Assembly (NCBI GenBank): GCA_964019425.1
Contig: OZ025787.1
Coordinates: forward strand, 124,001-188,000
Direction of reading: 5' to 3'
DNA length: 64,000 bases
DNA from: Flectonema sp. DT1601
Taxonomy: Eukaryota
Position numbers and translations under genes: made by a program. A model generated the notes under the pieces. That model was not told where the DNA came from. It saw nothing but the letters and a program-made list of their open reading frames with translations, and did not search any database. Positions 1-12,117 of the stretch are shown here, piece by piece (the first letter of the stretch is position 1; each line of letters opens with the position of its first letter).

Positions 1-807
1 CGGAGCGGTAAACGCTTGCGATTGAAGGAAGGTTGAATTGTTGACGGCCACCATAATCGCAAAAGGTACAAACAGGTAACACGACCAACAAGAGGACAGA
101 AAACAACCGTGAAAGTAACACACGGCAGGTCGCAGAGACCACAAAACAACACTTCGACTGAGACTCCACTGCTGAGGAAAGAATTATCGGAAACCTCATC
201 AAGAGACTGAAGGAAGTTGAGATGTTGATGGCACATCACAACGCGCGTTGTTTTAGACTAACGACATTAAGTGAGCATCAAAACAACATTTATTGTTCTA
301 TTTATATACATAACAGATATATGCAATCTTATCATTCCACATTCCAGAGAGATCTCTTCTTCAGTTCGCAAGTGGTATCGAGTTGCCCATTGAGCAGTCC
401 ATACCCGCAGCGTACTAAGCGACCGATGTGCCAACACAGAACTGGCAGTATCGCCAACTTGTTGGCTCTGTTTGTCCTCAAGAACTAACAGCTGACCATA
501 AACACAGCAGCACAACACCTCTCAAAGTTTATCTTACCTGTTTTTTTGTTTTATTGGAATGTATTACTTTAATCTTTAGTTTTATTATTTCAGTAAACTA
601 AACTACTTTCATACCTCGGCTAACGCTTCGTTGGTTTGCTAACGTCTTCTGAACAAATAAAACTCTCATACCCTCAGTATACATAAATCACAATACAAAA
701 TTATCACATTACGGACTAACAGTGTCGTGTTATTATTTAATGTTCTATACTTCAACATAGAGTCAACTACTCACCTCTCCATAACTAAAAACAGGTTGTC
801 TTCAGGA

Positions 808-2210
808 CTAGTGTGGAGCTCCAAAAGGACTCGCTGCTGAATTCTCAAGAAGCTCTTTAAGCAAAAAGAAGAAACGATCGAAATCCTCAATGCTTCCTCT
901 AATTCGCTTCACTTCTACTAGAGTTCCTTTACTTACTGTTGGAAGAGAAAGGATGCTGTAGGCGAGCTGTGTTTGTGAATTTAAATTTATTTCCAATCTC
1001 ATACAAAATTTAAAAATACATAAAAAAGTAAAACACTCCAATAACATACAATCCCTGCTTCTGTATTTATAAAACCTTTCACTTCAGAACTGAGATCCTT
1101 TACTTGCGGGTTTCCGTTTAGTTCAAGACATGCTCTAGTGATTGTCTGTAAAGTATCAGTAATATGAGCATCAAGTAATAGTGTTCCCATTAGAGTCTTT
1201 TCATTGTGACGAAAGCGGCTTTCAACATCAAAAGAGTTAAGACGAGCTGGTGATGATGATGATACTTGTGAATATGTTGGAGATGATTGTGAAACAGAAT
1301 CATCATCGTATCCCATTTCATCAAAACTGTGAAAAGGATCTTCAGCCATCCCATCTTCAGGAACGATAATACTCTTTCTAGCTTCATTCAGAAGGGACAT
1401 ATCAAAATCTTTACGAAACCATTTGTGTTCAACAACATTATCTAAAGTGATTCTCTTCATAGGATCTTTTGTTAACAATCTCTCAAGTAGATTATTAGCT
1501 TCAGGTGTAACGTGGTCAGGTACTCTATAATTTCCATTTTGGATGGTATCAAACAAAGCACCTGGATCATCGTCATCATCGAAGGGAAGAGTTCCAGTAA
1601 CCATCACATAGAGAATAATACCACAAGACCATATATCAGCTGGTACTCCATTGTATCCTCTTTTTGCCAACACTTCTGGAGCAACATAGTTTGGAGTTCC
1701 ACAGATAGTCTGCAGAAGATTATCACCTCCTTCTCGACCCCAAGATTGGATGTTTGCAAATCCAAAGTCAGAAATTTTTAAAACACCCTTCTCATTCAGC
1801 AATAAATTCTCAGGTTTTAAATCTCTGTGAGCAATTCCCTGATTATGACAGTATAAAACTCCCATAATTAGTTGATGGAAGTAGAACCTCGCCTGGTCCT
1901 CTGTGAATCTACCAGCGTCTTTTATCTCATTAAACAACTCACCCCCCGCAAATTCCATAATTAAATATATACATCTCGGTGTCTGTAAAACATCTTTAAG
2001 TCCAACGACGTTCTCATGGGACATTAATTTTGTTATATTCACTTCTCGTTTTACCTGATTTTCCATTTCTTTCTCACCCATTCTATTCTTATCGACGATT
2101 TTTACGGCATAGAGCTCTCCAGTACCAGTGTCAATACAAGATTTTACTTTCGAGAACGAACCCTTTCCTATCGTTTTACCCAACTCATATTTGCCAATTC
2201 GCCTTCCCAT
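808..2210 (-). CDS. CIPK/SnRK-like Ser/Thr protein kinase (CAMK group), 2 exons: 2210-1050, 966-808
   Basis: Kinase motifs GKGSFSKV, AVK, HRDLKPEN, DFG, TICGTPNYVAPE. NAF-like motif PARLNSFD. Phase-0 intron 1049-967 (GTATGT...ACACAG) joins ...GFINTEAGI to LAYSILSLPT...VEVKRIRGSIEDF (KA1/CIPK-C-like tail). Start placed at MGRRIG. Confidence 0.88.
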
Positions 2211-2992
2211 GTTTTGCTTGACTTGAAGAAACCATAATATATAGTTGTTGTGCAGAAGACTAGTTAGGCAAATCAAAATAATATATTTATCACATCAAGG
2301 AGGTGGATAACAAGAAAGGGAATAACACGACACGGTATTTTTTTTTTTTTTTTTTTCTTTCATGGGGTGGGGCCAGAATGAATTCGTCGTTCAAACAACA
2401 CTCGTCTCGTTTCGAAAAGGCAAACAAGGTTACCACACAGTGACTCAAAATTCATATCTAGCCCTTATACACATGAAAATAACCTTCACTAATGAGCGTT
2501 TATAACTCTGAAGGAAGGAGAGAACAAAACAGAAGAAACAAAATAATACAACTCCTCTGAGGATCACACTCACTGTTCATACAGGTTCGAATGGAAGCTA
2601 CTAAGAAGTCACGTAAAGGTATCGTCATAAAACAGAGAAGGCAATCAACAACAACATTACCTTTACAGTAACATGTTGTTGGTTACCACGAGTTAAAGTA
2701 AATAAAAATAAAAAGATCTCTTTTACTATAATCCGAGATGTAATAAAGGGTGATGATCAAATCTCTAATCTCACGCAAACACAAAATGTCGGAAAAACTA
2801 ACTTCAGACAGATAATAGTAATCTGATAAAATGATTTGCGCGTAATCAAAGTTTTCCCACTATTTATTATTATTATCAAAAAAAAAATAAAACTTAACTT
2901 CTATCGTTTATCGCAGTTGGGGTTTTTTTTTGGGCAATAATTGTACTTACGTTTTTTCATTTTCTTTTAAAATTGTTTTTTTTATTTTTGAA

Positions 2993-4972
2993 CTAGTAGC
3001 CAGCAGACATTCCATCTTTACGCATTTCACTCGCTCCTTGATAAGACTGAGTGTCAGGATTGTAAGTAATTGATTGATACCCTCCTCCATTAGCACCTCT
3101 AATTGTTGAGTGACCACGAGATTGAAGATTTTGTTCTACTCCTGGGCAGACACCTCCTTCGAGTTGAACATATCCTCCGTCAGTCATAATCTGTCCGGTG
3201 GGTTGACTTGATCCGCTGTGAGTGTAACGAGCTGCATCACCAGCTTCTTGAGGATTCATTCCGAAATCAATAATGTTACACATAATCTGAGTGTGTCCTT
3301 GAGGTTGAATGTTTCCTCCCATAACTCCAAATGACATCCACGGATCCCAACTGTTTGTCGTCTTATTCTTCTTCATTGCGAATCCAGGAATGATAGTGTG
3401 AAAAGGTCTCTTTTTAGGAACATAATCACTCGCTGTGTGTACTCCAGTTAGAGTTGGCATGTTGAATAGACTTCCTCTGTCTTGAATTCCAAAACCAAGT
3501 TCAGGAACAACAAGACCAGAACCAAAACCCATATAATTACTTTGAATTAATGATACCATAGTTCCTTCACTATCAGCAACTGTTAAGTAGATTGTGTCTC
3601 CAGTGAATGGAGCGTCTTGGTCTTTAGCAGTCTTTGGTAACTTTACTCCCTTCCTCTTGGGTGGGATTCCATGAGGGACTTCCTCAGCTGCATGAGTCAT
3701 ATTAATAAGAGCAGCTCTTTTAGCAGCGTACTCCTTTGAAATTAAAAATTGAATTAACTCTGGTGATGGTTCCCCAAAGTCAGGATCACCATAAAATGAA
3801 GCTCTGTCAGCAAAGGCAAGCTTCTTGGCTTCGATCTGAAGATGGAGGTAGTCAGCAGTGTTGTGACCAGCTTTAGAGAGATCAAAGTTTTCTAAAATGT
3901 TAAGCATCTGCAATGCTGCTACACCCTGTGGGTTTGGTGGTAACTCAAATATCATATAATCATTACGATAAGTTGTGTTTACTGGTGTTATCCATTCTCC
4001 ATGATGGTCTGCAAAGTCTTTCTTTGTAAGCCTTAAACCAGATTGAGACGCATACGCGACATAAGCATCTGCTACTGATCCATTATAAAACTCATTACAA
4101 CCACCGGATGCAACTTTCTGGAGGGTGGCGGCTACGGAAGGGTTCTTGAATATTTCCCCTTGACGAAGAGGTCTACGCTTACCTGTTTGAGCATCTCTCA
4201 CAGTAAAGACGTCTAGAAATCCATTCAGAGCAGTAGGGTATTTCCCATTTGAAGTCAATTCTGAAGTATTAGCAGGTATGTACCATTCGGAGGCGATTAC
4301 TTCAGAAACAGGATAACCTTCAGTGGCATAGTAAATAGCATTCTCAAAGATTTTTGACCATTCAATCTTTCCAAACTTTTCGTGTAAATCACACCAACCT
4401 TTTACTGCTCCAGGGACTGAGACTCCAAGAGGACCTTCTCCAGGAATGTATTTTAAGTTCATCGATTTTAGTTCTGCTTCCATGTCTGAGTAAGAAAGAT
4501 CTTGTGGGGACCTACCAGCTCCATTGTAACCATGAAGAGTCTTTGATGGTCCGTGGTATATCTGTGCCATTAGATCACCACCCATTCCATTCATCATTGG
4601 TTCGACTACACCTTCGCAGGCGTTTGCTGCGATGGCGGCATCAACGGCACTTCCACCAGCCTTTAGAATATCTATTGCGCACATTGTAGAAAGTGGTTGT
4701 GAAGCCGCAGCAATACCTCTCCTTGCATGGACAGCACTTCTTCCTGCGAAAGGTAATCCGGTGGGTCTTGAACCTCCGCAGGTATTTAAGTTTTCATCCC
4801 TCATATCCCTCACTGATTGACAACAAGAAGGTCTTCCCGCTGCTTGCTTCGATTGGCAAATTGAATTGTCCTCATCAACATTACAAAACTTCTCCCCGTC
4901 AAACTCTACTCTAACAGAATTACCTAACTGGCCCAAAGCTAAAGTGAGTAGCACACACTTGCTCGCTTTCAT
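2993..4972 (-). CDS. ggt: Gamma-glutamyltranspeptidase with N-terminal signal peptide
   Basis: GGSAVDAAIAA, GMGGD, VSVPGAVKGW, LPPNPQG, catalytic GDTIYLTVAD, KRPFHTIIP, GVMGG, C-terminal GASEMRKDG. Hydrophobic N-terminus. Intronless. Confidence 0.93.
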   Translation of the reverse strand: MKASKCVLLTLALGQLGNSVRVEFDGEKFCNVDEDNSICQSKQAAGRPSCCQSVRDMRDENLNTCGGSRPTGLPFAGRSAVHARRGIAAASQPLSTMCAIDILKAGGSAVDAAIAANACEGVVEPMMNGMGGDLMAQIYHGPSKTLHGYNGAGRSPQDLSYSDMEAELKSMNLKYIPGEGPLGVSVPGAVKGWCDLHEKFGKIEWSKIFENAIYYATEGYPVSEVIASEWYIPANTSELTSNGKYPTALNGFLDVFTVRDAQTGKRRPLRQGEIFKNPSVAATLQKVASGGCNEFYNGSVADAYVAYASQSGLRLTKKDFADHHGEWITPVNTTYRNDYMIFELPPNPQGVAALQMLNILENFDLSKAGHNTADYLHLQIEAKKLAFADRASFYGDPDFGEPSPELIQFLISKEYAAKRAALINMTHAAEEVPHGIPPKRKGVKLPKTAKDQDAPFTGDTIYLTVADSEGTMVSLIQSNYMGFGSGLVVPELGFGIQDRGSLFNMPTLTGVHTASDYVPKKRPFHTIIPGFAMKKNKTTNSWDPWMSFGVMGGNIQPQGHTQIMCNIIDFGMNPQEAGDAARYTHSGSSQPTGQIMTDGGYVQLEGGVCPGVEQNLQSRGHSTIRGANGGGYQSITYNPDTQSYQGASEMRKDGMSAGY

Positions 4973-5269
4973 ATTTACTTGTTGTCTCTGAATGACAATT
5001 AGTATAATTACAACATAACAGGATTTCTATAATTATAAAGTTCCCCCGTCCAAGTGTTTCACAAATAAGTGTAAATAGAAACAATGAACGAAAGCCCCTA
5101 CAACTTAGAACAGGGCTAATGGACAATGGAAAATGTCCGATAATACAGAAAGGCAACATTTAGACAGTATGAGGGAAATAAGGATTTAATTTTTGGTGTT
5201 TTCCTTAGAAGAAAACAAGTATGGACTACTACTACCCAATCTTACAATATCTTGTGACCTTGGGTCCGT

Positions 5270-6251
5270 TTATATCGGAGTTTCAACAGGATGACCTTCA
5301 AACTTTGTAGGGCACAGTTTGAAGTATCTGTCTTGTCTTTCAAGTACCATTGCCTCCATTCTGTCTCTAGCGATATTTCTTCTGAACATTGATTGAATTT
5401 TTATTGCCGAATTGTTTTCAATTTGCTTCTTCTCTTTGAAGAGTGAAAATCTTTGATCCCCAAACCTCGTATTTGATATAAAGATGTCTGCCTCGAGAAG
5501 GGTAAGTTCTTTTCGTTCACGTTCTTCCTTACGGAGGTTAATGTTTAATATCCCACTACTTGGAGGAGGTCTAACAGCTGTTCGGATGACGCCACCCAAA
5601 GGTATTTTATCACATCCTAAAGGGACTGATGATGGGATCACCATAGTGGCGACTGGACTGATTCTGTGTTCTTCCATCCGTTGCCTTTCTACTTCCTTAT
5701 TACGTCTTACGACTGTTTGAATTGCTTTGGGATCAAAGCATTCTACTTTCATTTGTTCTATTCCAGTTGAGTCTTGTCTTGCTATGGCTAGTGATAGTCT
5801 GTGAACCCACCACTTTTGAATTACTGTCGCCATATCACAACAGAGAGTCATTCTCCATAATAAAGATTCTTTAAACTTTTCAAGAGCCGTTTCTTCTAAT
5901 TTCTGTTCCTTTACAAGTAACGCCACTGCAGCGTCTTTTCGCCGAGATGATAGTTGTTTCTTAGCGTTGTGGGATCTGCGTTTTTTTTTTTTTTTTTTTA
6001 AATTACTCGGATTCATAGTGTGTTTAATAAAAGAACATAACAAACCTCCACGACATTTGTATGCTAATCGCGTTCTTTTCAAGAAACCACATTCTGAGGC
6101 ATCCATTTTTCACAATCCGCTTTGCTACAATTCTCCTCCAAAAACACTGAACTCTCAATGCAGCGATAGTGTAGTTAATGCTCCCAGTGTTATCTGCTAT
6201 GGGAACTTCGTTAGGTCGCTTGCCTCTCAACTCGAGGGATTTTTCATCCAT
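5270..6251 (-). CDS. IQ calmodulin-binding motif protein, 2 exons: 6251-6046, 5975-5270
   Basis: IQ-like motifs RVQCFWRRIVAKR, VIQKWW and KIQSMFRRNIARD. Phase-2 intron 6045-5976 (GTTTGT...AAAACGCAG) joins two overlapping ORFs and creates a further IQ motif, IQMSWRSHNAKKQL. Confidence 0.75.
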
Positions 6252-7216
6252 TTTTTGATTGTTTCCAACTGAATAAAATAATGTAATTGTGGGTAGCTAC
6301 CAACTTCAGTAGTGTACTCTTGTTTTCTTACTTCATCTAATAATAACATTTTTTTTTCTTGCTGTGAGTTGATGAATTATAAAAAAAAAGGAATCGAACA
6401 AAAAAAACCAGCCCTTCCAAGGGAGCTACAGCAACCAGAAACAAAAAAGAAAAAAAACTATTTTGAATCGATTGGAATTTCGAATTTTTTAGAGACCTGA
6501 GGAAGACACTTAGCGGTACCTCTAATTCACGTGGTCTTTTTGCAATTTCTTAAAAAGATGCTTTTTTTTTTTTGTGTCTTAAACTTTCCATACAGAACTG
6601 AAATAAATAAAAGAAATACAAGTATTGGTGGAACACGGTAGGTCGGTTGTGACTCCCCTTAAGAAACCCGTATTTCAAAATTTAAAAATTCACTAATTTT
6701 TTTCGGAGTAGATTTCAACTACGGTTAGAATGCTCGCAGCATTCTTCAATTCCCAACACCTGTTTTTCCGGGACACTTTTTTTTTTTTTTTTTTTTAAAA
6801 ATCGGAGAACTTCCGAAAAGGGGGAAAAAAATAAAAAAAAGATTGTACGGAACTAAAAAACAGAAAAAACTAAGTTGGTCTTACCACGGCAGTACAAGCC
6901 CGCAGTGCGTAACATCTCCTCTCATTGTTGGTGGATCGAAGCGTTGAATGACAACTGCAGTTAGTGTCAAGTCAAATATATTATTTTTTCCCCCCCCCCT
7001 TCTTTTTTTTTTCTCTCTCGTGGAATCAAGGTGTGAAAAGTAACAAAACAGCTGTCACTAACATGCGAGAGCACATTGCATGTTTACACATACTCGTACT
7101 TTCATGCCAGGTTGCATATTTTCTTAATTTCTCGTGGATCGAGGCGCTGCAATGATTGTCATCAGCAGCACCAACTCGCAAATATTTATGATACAAAGCG
7201 TGAGGGTGAATGCCTA

Positions 7217-9106
7217 CTAATTCCCATTCGCAATCTTCACCTCACTTTTCGGAATTGATGAGCTTGCTGCTCGGTTGTGAGACTTCGCTTGCCTATTTTA
7301 TTTTGTTTGTTTCGTCCGCATAGTTCAGAATATCACTACAATAAAATAATAACATACAGGTCAGCTTTAAGCGCTTCCTTGAGACCTGCAGCAGCTGCTT
7401 CAGGAGTGTTGAAGTCGATGTACAGCTTACCTTCAAAAGACTTCGTGTGTCCAGAAACGTCTTTAAAGAGATCTAAAATATCTTTAACTTGTTTATCCTT
7501 TGGAAGGTAGATCTCGAGTGTTGCTCTTCCATCAGCTGGGTCTGAGTGATGGTGAGATCCCTTTCCTCCTCCTCCGCCCCCACCGCCTGCTCCTGTTATT
7601 TTTAGTTTTGTCATTCCCTAAGGAACCGCCTGATAGTTTCGGAGGTAATCAAATCACTAGAGATCAGAATGGATAAGAATCCAAGAGGTAAACAAACAGC
7701 ACGGACAAAAACGAAGAAACCGACGCCGAAGCCGAAAGAAAAGAAGAGATTGTCTACAGATAGTAGAGGAGAAGGGGGCTGGTATTTCTATTCAATAGTT
7801 GTTAGCAATAACATACCTCCTTTCACTTCAAGCCATTTTCCTCTTCCCAAGGATAGCGGTTGCAGGTTGGGAGTATTGTGTGCAGAAGAACCCTGTGTTA
7901 TGTTCTTTTTGTATTCATGATGACCTCTAAACTAATACATAATAAATAACAGACGGGACATACCATTCCAGGAGATCTCTGCGGTGCGTTTCCAGGAGAC
8001 CAGCCACCCTTGCTGTGGAGTGGCGGGCTGTTGGTGGAACCTGCTTGCCATTTACCAGTCATCCTTTCTCCAACATGTTTGTCAAGGTAGAATGATCCAG
8101 TACCATCTCTCCATGAACCTCCCGGTGTGCTGGAAGGGGATTTACCCATCGGAGTTGAAGACCCACTTCCGTAGTAATCTTTTTGAGGGAATCTACGAGA
8201 GGATTGCTCATCCAAGTAAGCCCCGAAGGTGTGAGGAGCGAATGGATATAAACGGAATGCTGCGGTACTGTCGTCAGCGTCATCTTCGTCTTCGTAACGA
8301 TCCAAACAGTTATTAGCTGCAGGTACTGATGGGTAAACTACTACTCCAATACCAGTGTGTTTATCATCACGTAACCATTTTACATGGAACGGTCCTAAGA
8401 ACTTTTGTAATTCCCCAAACTGCCCCTCATCTTTCTCAGAGTCTTGAACTCTAACCTCAACAATATGAGCGTGGGTTGGAATCGGAATGCCTCTTCTAAC
8501 AGTTTCTTGAACGTACTTCATCCAATCACTTCTATCACTGTCTTGCTTGCTTGCGTTAAATTGTTTCAAGTTTTCATCACCTACAAGTGTTCTGCATTGT
8601 AGTACCTGACCATTTATGTTTTCAAAGGCAGTTGAGTATTCAGCCTTCTTTCTCTTATAACCGAGTGATGCAAGTAAAGACTCCCTACTAGTAGTGGTTG
8701 GGTAGGCGTGTTTGTATTGAAGAGCAGGTGAAATGATTTCATTCGTTACCTTCAAAGCGACTACGTGTCTGTCTAGACCGTTGCCCATTGAGAGAGTTTC
8801 AAGTCCGTGACGCGCAGCACAGTCGGCGACTATCCTTCTGTGGAATGGGATCATGGCGTTGAATTTCAGACCTCCCTCACTTGAATTCTGAAAATCTTTT
8901 ATCTCATCCTCGATTATAAATGCGAACATTGCATCGTTTGGAAATGCCAACGCGTGCAACTCTACTTTTGAAAACGGCTGAAGCTCTGGCTCTTCGTGGT
9001 AGTTTTCTATTAAATGCTTCTCATTGTCCTTCCAAGACACTGGAGAGAAGGTCCCCGAAGAATCACACAATTCGCTACTGGAAGCAGACAAGTCATAGAG
9101 GTGCAT
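7217..9106 (-). CDS. R3H-domain + RRM-like RNA-binding protein (R3HCC1-like), 4 exons: 9106-7964, 7892-7817, 7592-7358, 7292-7217
   Basis: R3H-like FNAMIPFHRRIVADCAARHGLETLSMG. RRM-like HIVEV...FHVKWLRDDKHTGIGVVVYPS. Three GTATGT...(C/T)AG introns (7963-7893, 7816-7593, 7357-7293) with compatible phases join ORFs 7898..9106 and 7336..7614 into one 509-aa frame. Confidence 0.7.
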
Positions 9107-9366
9107 TATTCCTTCGTATATCTGTGGGGAAAATATTTTTAATAATTGACATGATCAACAACAATTACAAGTTTGATGTTTCGTATTCCACACAACAAGC
9201 TCATTTTGTGTAATCTAAGAAAGATTATTAATTACAACAATACATTCACGCAACAGAACAAACAATACAATAACAGCTCTCAAAGCAATATGGGTACAGT
9301 AGTTGCAAGAACCGATTACAGGATAGGTCAAAACTGAGAATAACAAAAAGAATGAAAAGAAGTTGT

Positions 9367-10197
9367 TTATGGTTGCAGCCTTGTTTTGAAATCGGATATA
9401 TCGCTAGCTAGTCGAGTAAGCTTGTCGATAATGTGTTGGTTATCTGGTTGAGGTTGAGGCTGTTCAGTAGATGAGCGAACTTCTACAGTTCTGCCATTCA
9501 TTTTATCAGATGGAGGAGGTGGGCTGACTAATACTTTATTGTCAGCTGCTTTCGGAGAATAATGTTCTCGATTATATTGTTGCTGTTCCAGATGATGCTT
9601 TACTAACATCTCTTTTAGGTAATCCCTCTCAAGGGCTACCGACTGTAGTGATGACACTAAATAGTTCTCTACCTGACTATTTGTCTGTGGTGATTGTGGT
9701 TGTGGTTGTGGTGGTTGTGGGTGTGAGACAGGAATAACAACATTATCAGCGTGAGGTGTATAATCTTTTTTTAGAGAGGGTAGCTGTTCTTTTGCGAATT
9801 CAGACACCGGGGTTTGTGAAGTTGTAAGCGGAGATGTAATAATGACATCATCTGTTTGAGTCGGGATGGGTGTCGCAGTTCTGATTGTCAATACAACAAT
9901 CTCACTTTCTACCGCTTCAGATCTCTCAGTGAGCCCCAATTTAACTTCTGATTGAGTCACCGCTGGAGACCTAAAAGTGCTTTCCGTTAGTTGATCCGCA
10001 ACATACGGAGTCGTCATTGGCGGAACAATTATTTCATTATCCAGCAACGCTCTCTTATCAATTTTTACCTTCCCAACTCCATCAACCAAGACAGACACAA
10101 GACCAGACGGGTGCTCATGTAAATACGTACCGCCTTTCCCTTCGTATATTCCGCTCTTTATTTCAACTCGACTTCTTGGTTGTAGTCGAATGTTCAT
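9367..10197 (-). CDS. Hypothetical protein, N-terminal KOW-like motif, low-complexity/coiled-coil remainder
   Basis: 276-aa ORF on the cluster strand. RVEIKSGIYEGKGGT resembles a KOW motif. Pyrimidine-tract AG just upstream of ATG. Confidence 0.6.
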   Translation of the reverse strand: MNIRLQPRSRVEIKSGIYEGKGGTYLHEHPSGLVSVLVDGVGKVKIDKRALLDNEIIVPPMTTPYVADQLTESTFRSPAVTQSEVKLGLTERSEAVESEIVVLTIRTATPIPTQTDDVIITSPLTTSQTPVSEFAKEQLPSLKKDYTPHADNVVIPVSHPQPPQPQPQSPQTNSQVENYLVSSLQSVALERDYLKEMLVKHHLEQQQYNREHYSPKAADNKVLVSPPPPSDKMNGRTVEVRSSTEQPQPQPDNQHIIDKLTRLASDISDFKTRLQP

Positions 10198-11026
10198 TTT
10201 GTTCTTTCTAACAAAAAATAAGTGTTAAGGATTGGTAAAGGCTTGTTCTCAGTTGCGCACTAACAATAACAAAAGTGAGAATTATATATCCCTGACTCAA
10301 TACGGTTTTGGAACCACAGCAAGAGATGCTGAGATGAACCTGCAAAAGAATTGACGTAAACACAGACAGGACCATCTAAATTGATCTGTTTAACAGAGTA
10401 GTGTAGAAAAAGGAAAACTAAACCCTCGATTGGTTTATTAATCCCGTGTAGTCAGTAGATCAGAAGACAACTCACTCTCCACAAGAGGACCCAGATCGCT
10501 GTGAAGTGTAGGAACTTTTATTTTTTAAATTATAATTTATTCAATTGTTTTTAATCCCCTCACAAAGGGTACAAAAAGTTGAGCGGGGATGACAGCTTTT
10601 CACATACGAAAGTGAATTTTTTGGGTATTCGCGGCTTACGGGTAACGATCGATAGAACAGAGGAAGAGGAATACGTGACTTCATTATTCACGTTTCTTAA
10701 TCAACGTTTCTATTTCAAAACGAGTTGAATATATTAATGTTCGGCTAGCAAAACACTGATAATGATTGATAGATACTACATCTATTACATTGCTTTTTGT
10801 GGCATTACTGGGGAGGGAGTCATATGTTCTCTTTCTTCATTTTTTTTTTTTAATTTTATTCTTGTTTTTTATAATAAGTCAGAGCAAATTATCGAATGAA
10901 GCAAAGAAAGAACGAAAGGGTAGATTAACACTTTTATTGACGTCTTACACGCCGAAAGGAAAACTAAAAGAACTGGTCTCAAACCGTCTTCTTTAAACCG
11001 TCAGCGTAATACACGATAAATATTGG

Positions 11027-12036
11027 TAATTGTTAATCAAAGAAAAGTAAGAAACGTTTAGAAAAAAGAAAACATTAAAAAGGGAAATATATTTTTGTCT
11101 TATTGAGCAGAAGACGCTGTTTAATCTGGTAATTCGGAAAGGGGGTAAATTGATACTCTGGTGATTGTTTGTGACGATTGTAGAAATCAGTAATAAACCT
11201 TATAATACTAAATAAGACATTTAGTATTACCAAAGTACTGAAGAAAAACTTATCGAAATGAAGGCAGAACAAAAAGAGAGAAAGAGAGAGAGAGAGGGGG
11301 GACTTGGATAAATAAATCAAGGTTAACACGCAACAAATTAGACAAAAATCATTATAACTGGTTTCTGCCCACACAAAATCGCAAGCTTTAAATGCAGGTT
11401 TACCAGGGAAAGAAATGCTGTCAAGTCAAATTGACCCGGGGACCACGCACTGCAGGTTGAGCATCCCATGCCCTGCAGGTCGTTACAGCTTGAAAACATT
11501 AATGCATTAATGGGAAACCAATAAAAATTATCTGGGTGGGTAGTAACGGGGTGAGAAAAAAAGAAAAGAAAAATAAATGAAAAATAACATGACAAGAATA
11601 CGCTGGTTCGTAGCTCACTACCAGTAAAGCCCATCCCATAGACTCAGTTATGGTTGGTTTGACGCAAAAGCAGGAAGGGTTCACAAGTCAACTGATGGAT
11701 TTGCAAACCTCGAGAGAGAGGGCGGTTGAATGTTTGAATTTGTAAAAGAGAGGGGGGACTTGGATAAATAAATCAAGGTAACACGCAACAAATTAGACAT
11801 GAATCATTATAACTGGATTCCGTCCACACAAAAAAGAGGGGGTGCAACTTTGATACATGTAAAAACAATAACAACTTTCGGGTATTAAAACAAAATTAAT
11901 ATCAAGTACTTGACTGAAAAATAATCTGTAGTTGTTAATCAAAGAAAAGGTAGTTTAGAAAAAAAAAGAAAACATAAAAATGGAAATATATTTTCGTCTT
12001 ATTGACCAGAAGACTTGTCGAATCTGGTAATTCGGA
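11027..12036. repeat. Degenerate dispersed repeat family, partial copies
   Basis: 11027-11140 resembles 11928-12036 (GTTAATCAAAGAAAAG...AATCTGGTAATTCGGA). 11290-11378 resembles 11747-11833 (GAGAGGGGGGACTTGGATAAATAAATCAAGG...CCACACAAAA). Confidence 0.8.
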
Positions 12037-12117
12037 CCGTAGTCTGTCAACTTACACTTAAACAAGGCAAAAAGAAAAAAACAGTTCTCATTATAGCTAG
12101 TTCAAGCTGATTCTCAC

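Noticed and set aside
1..540. Short ORFs and an open minus-strand frame running off the window start
   Set aside because: No recognisable motif or consistent exon structure. Cannot be called without flanking sequence.
6931..7155. Short repeat GTGGATCGARGCGYTG with a B-box-like word on the minus strand
   Set aside because: No tRNA cloverleaf or A-box found. Too short to interpret.
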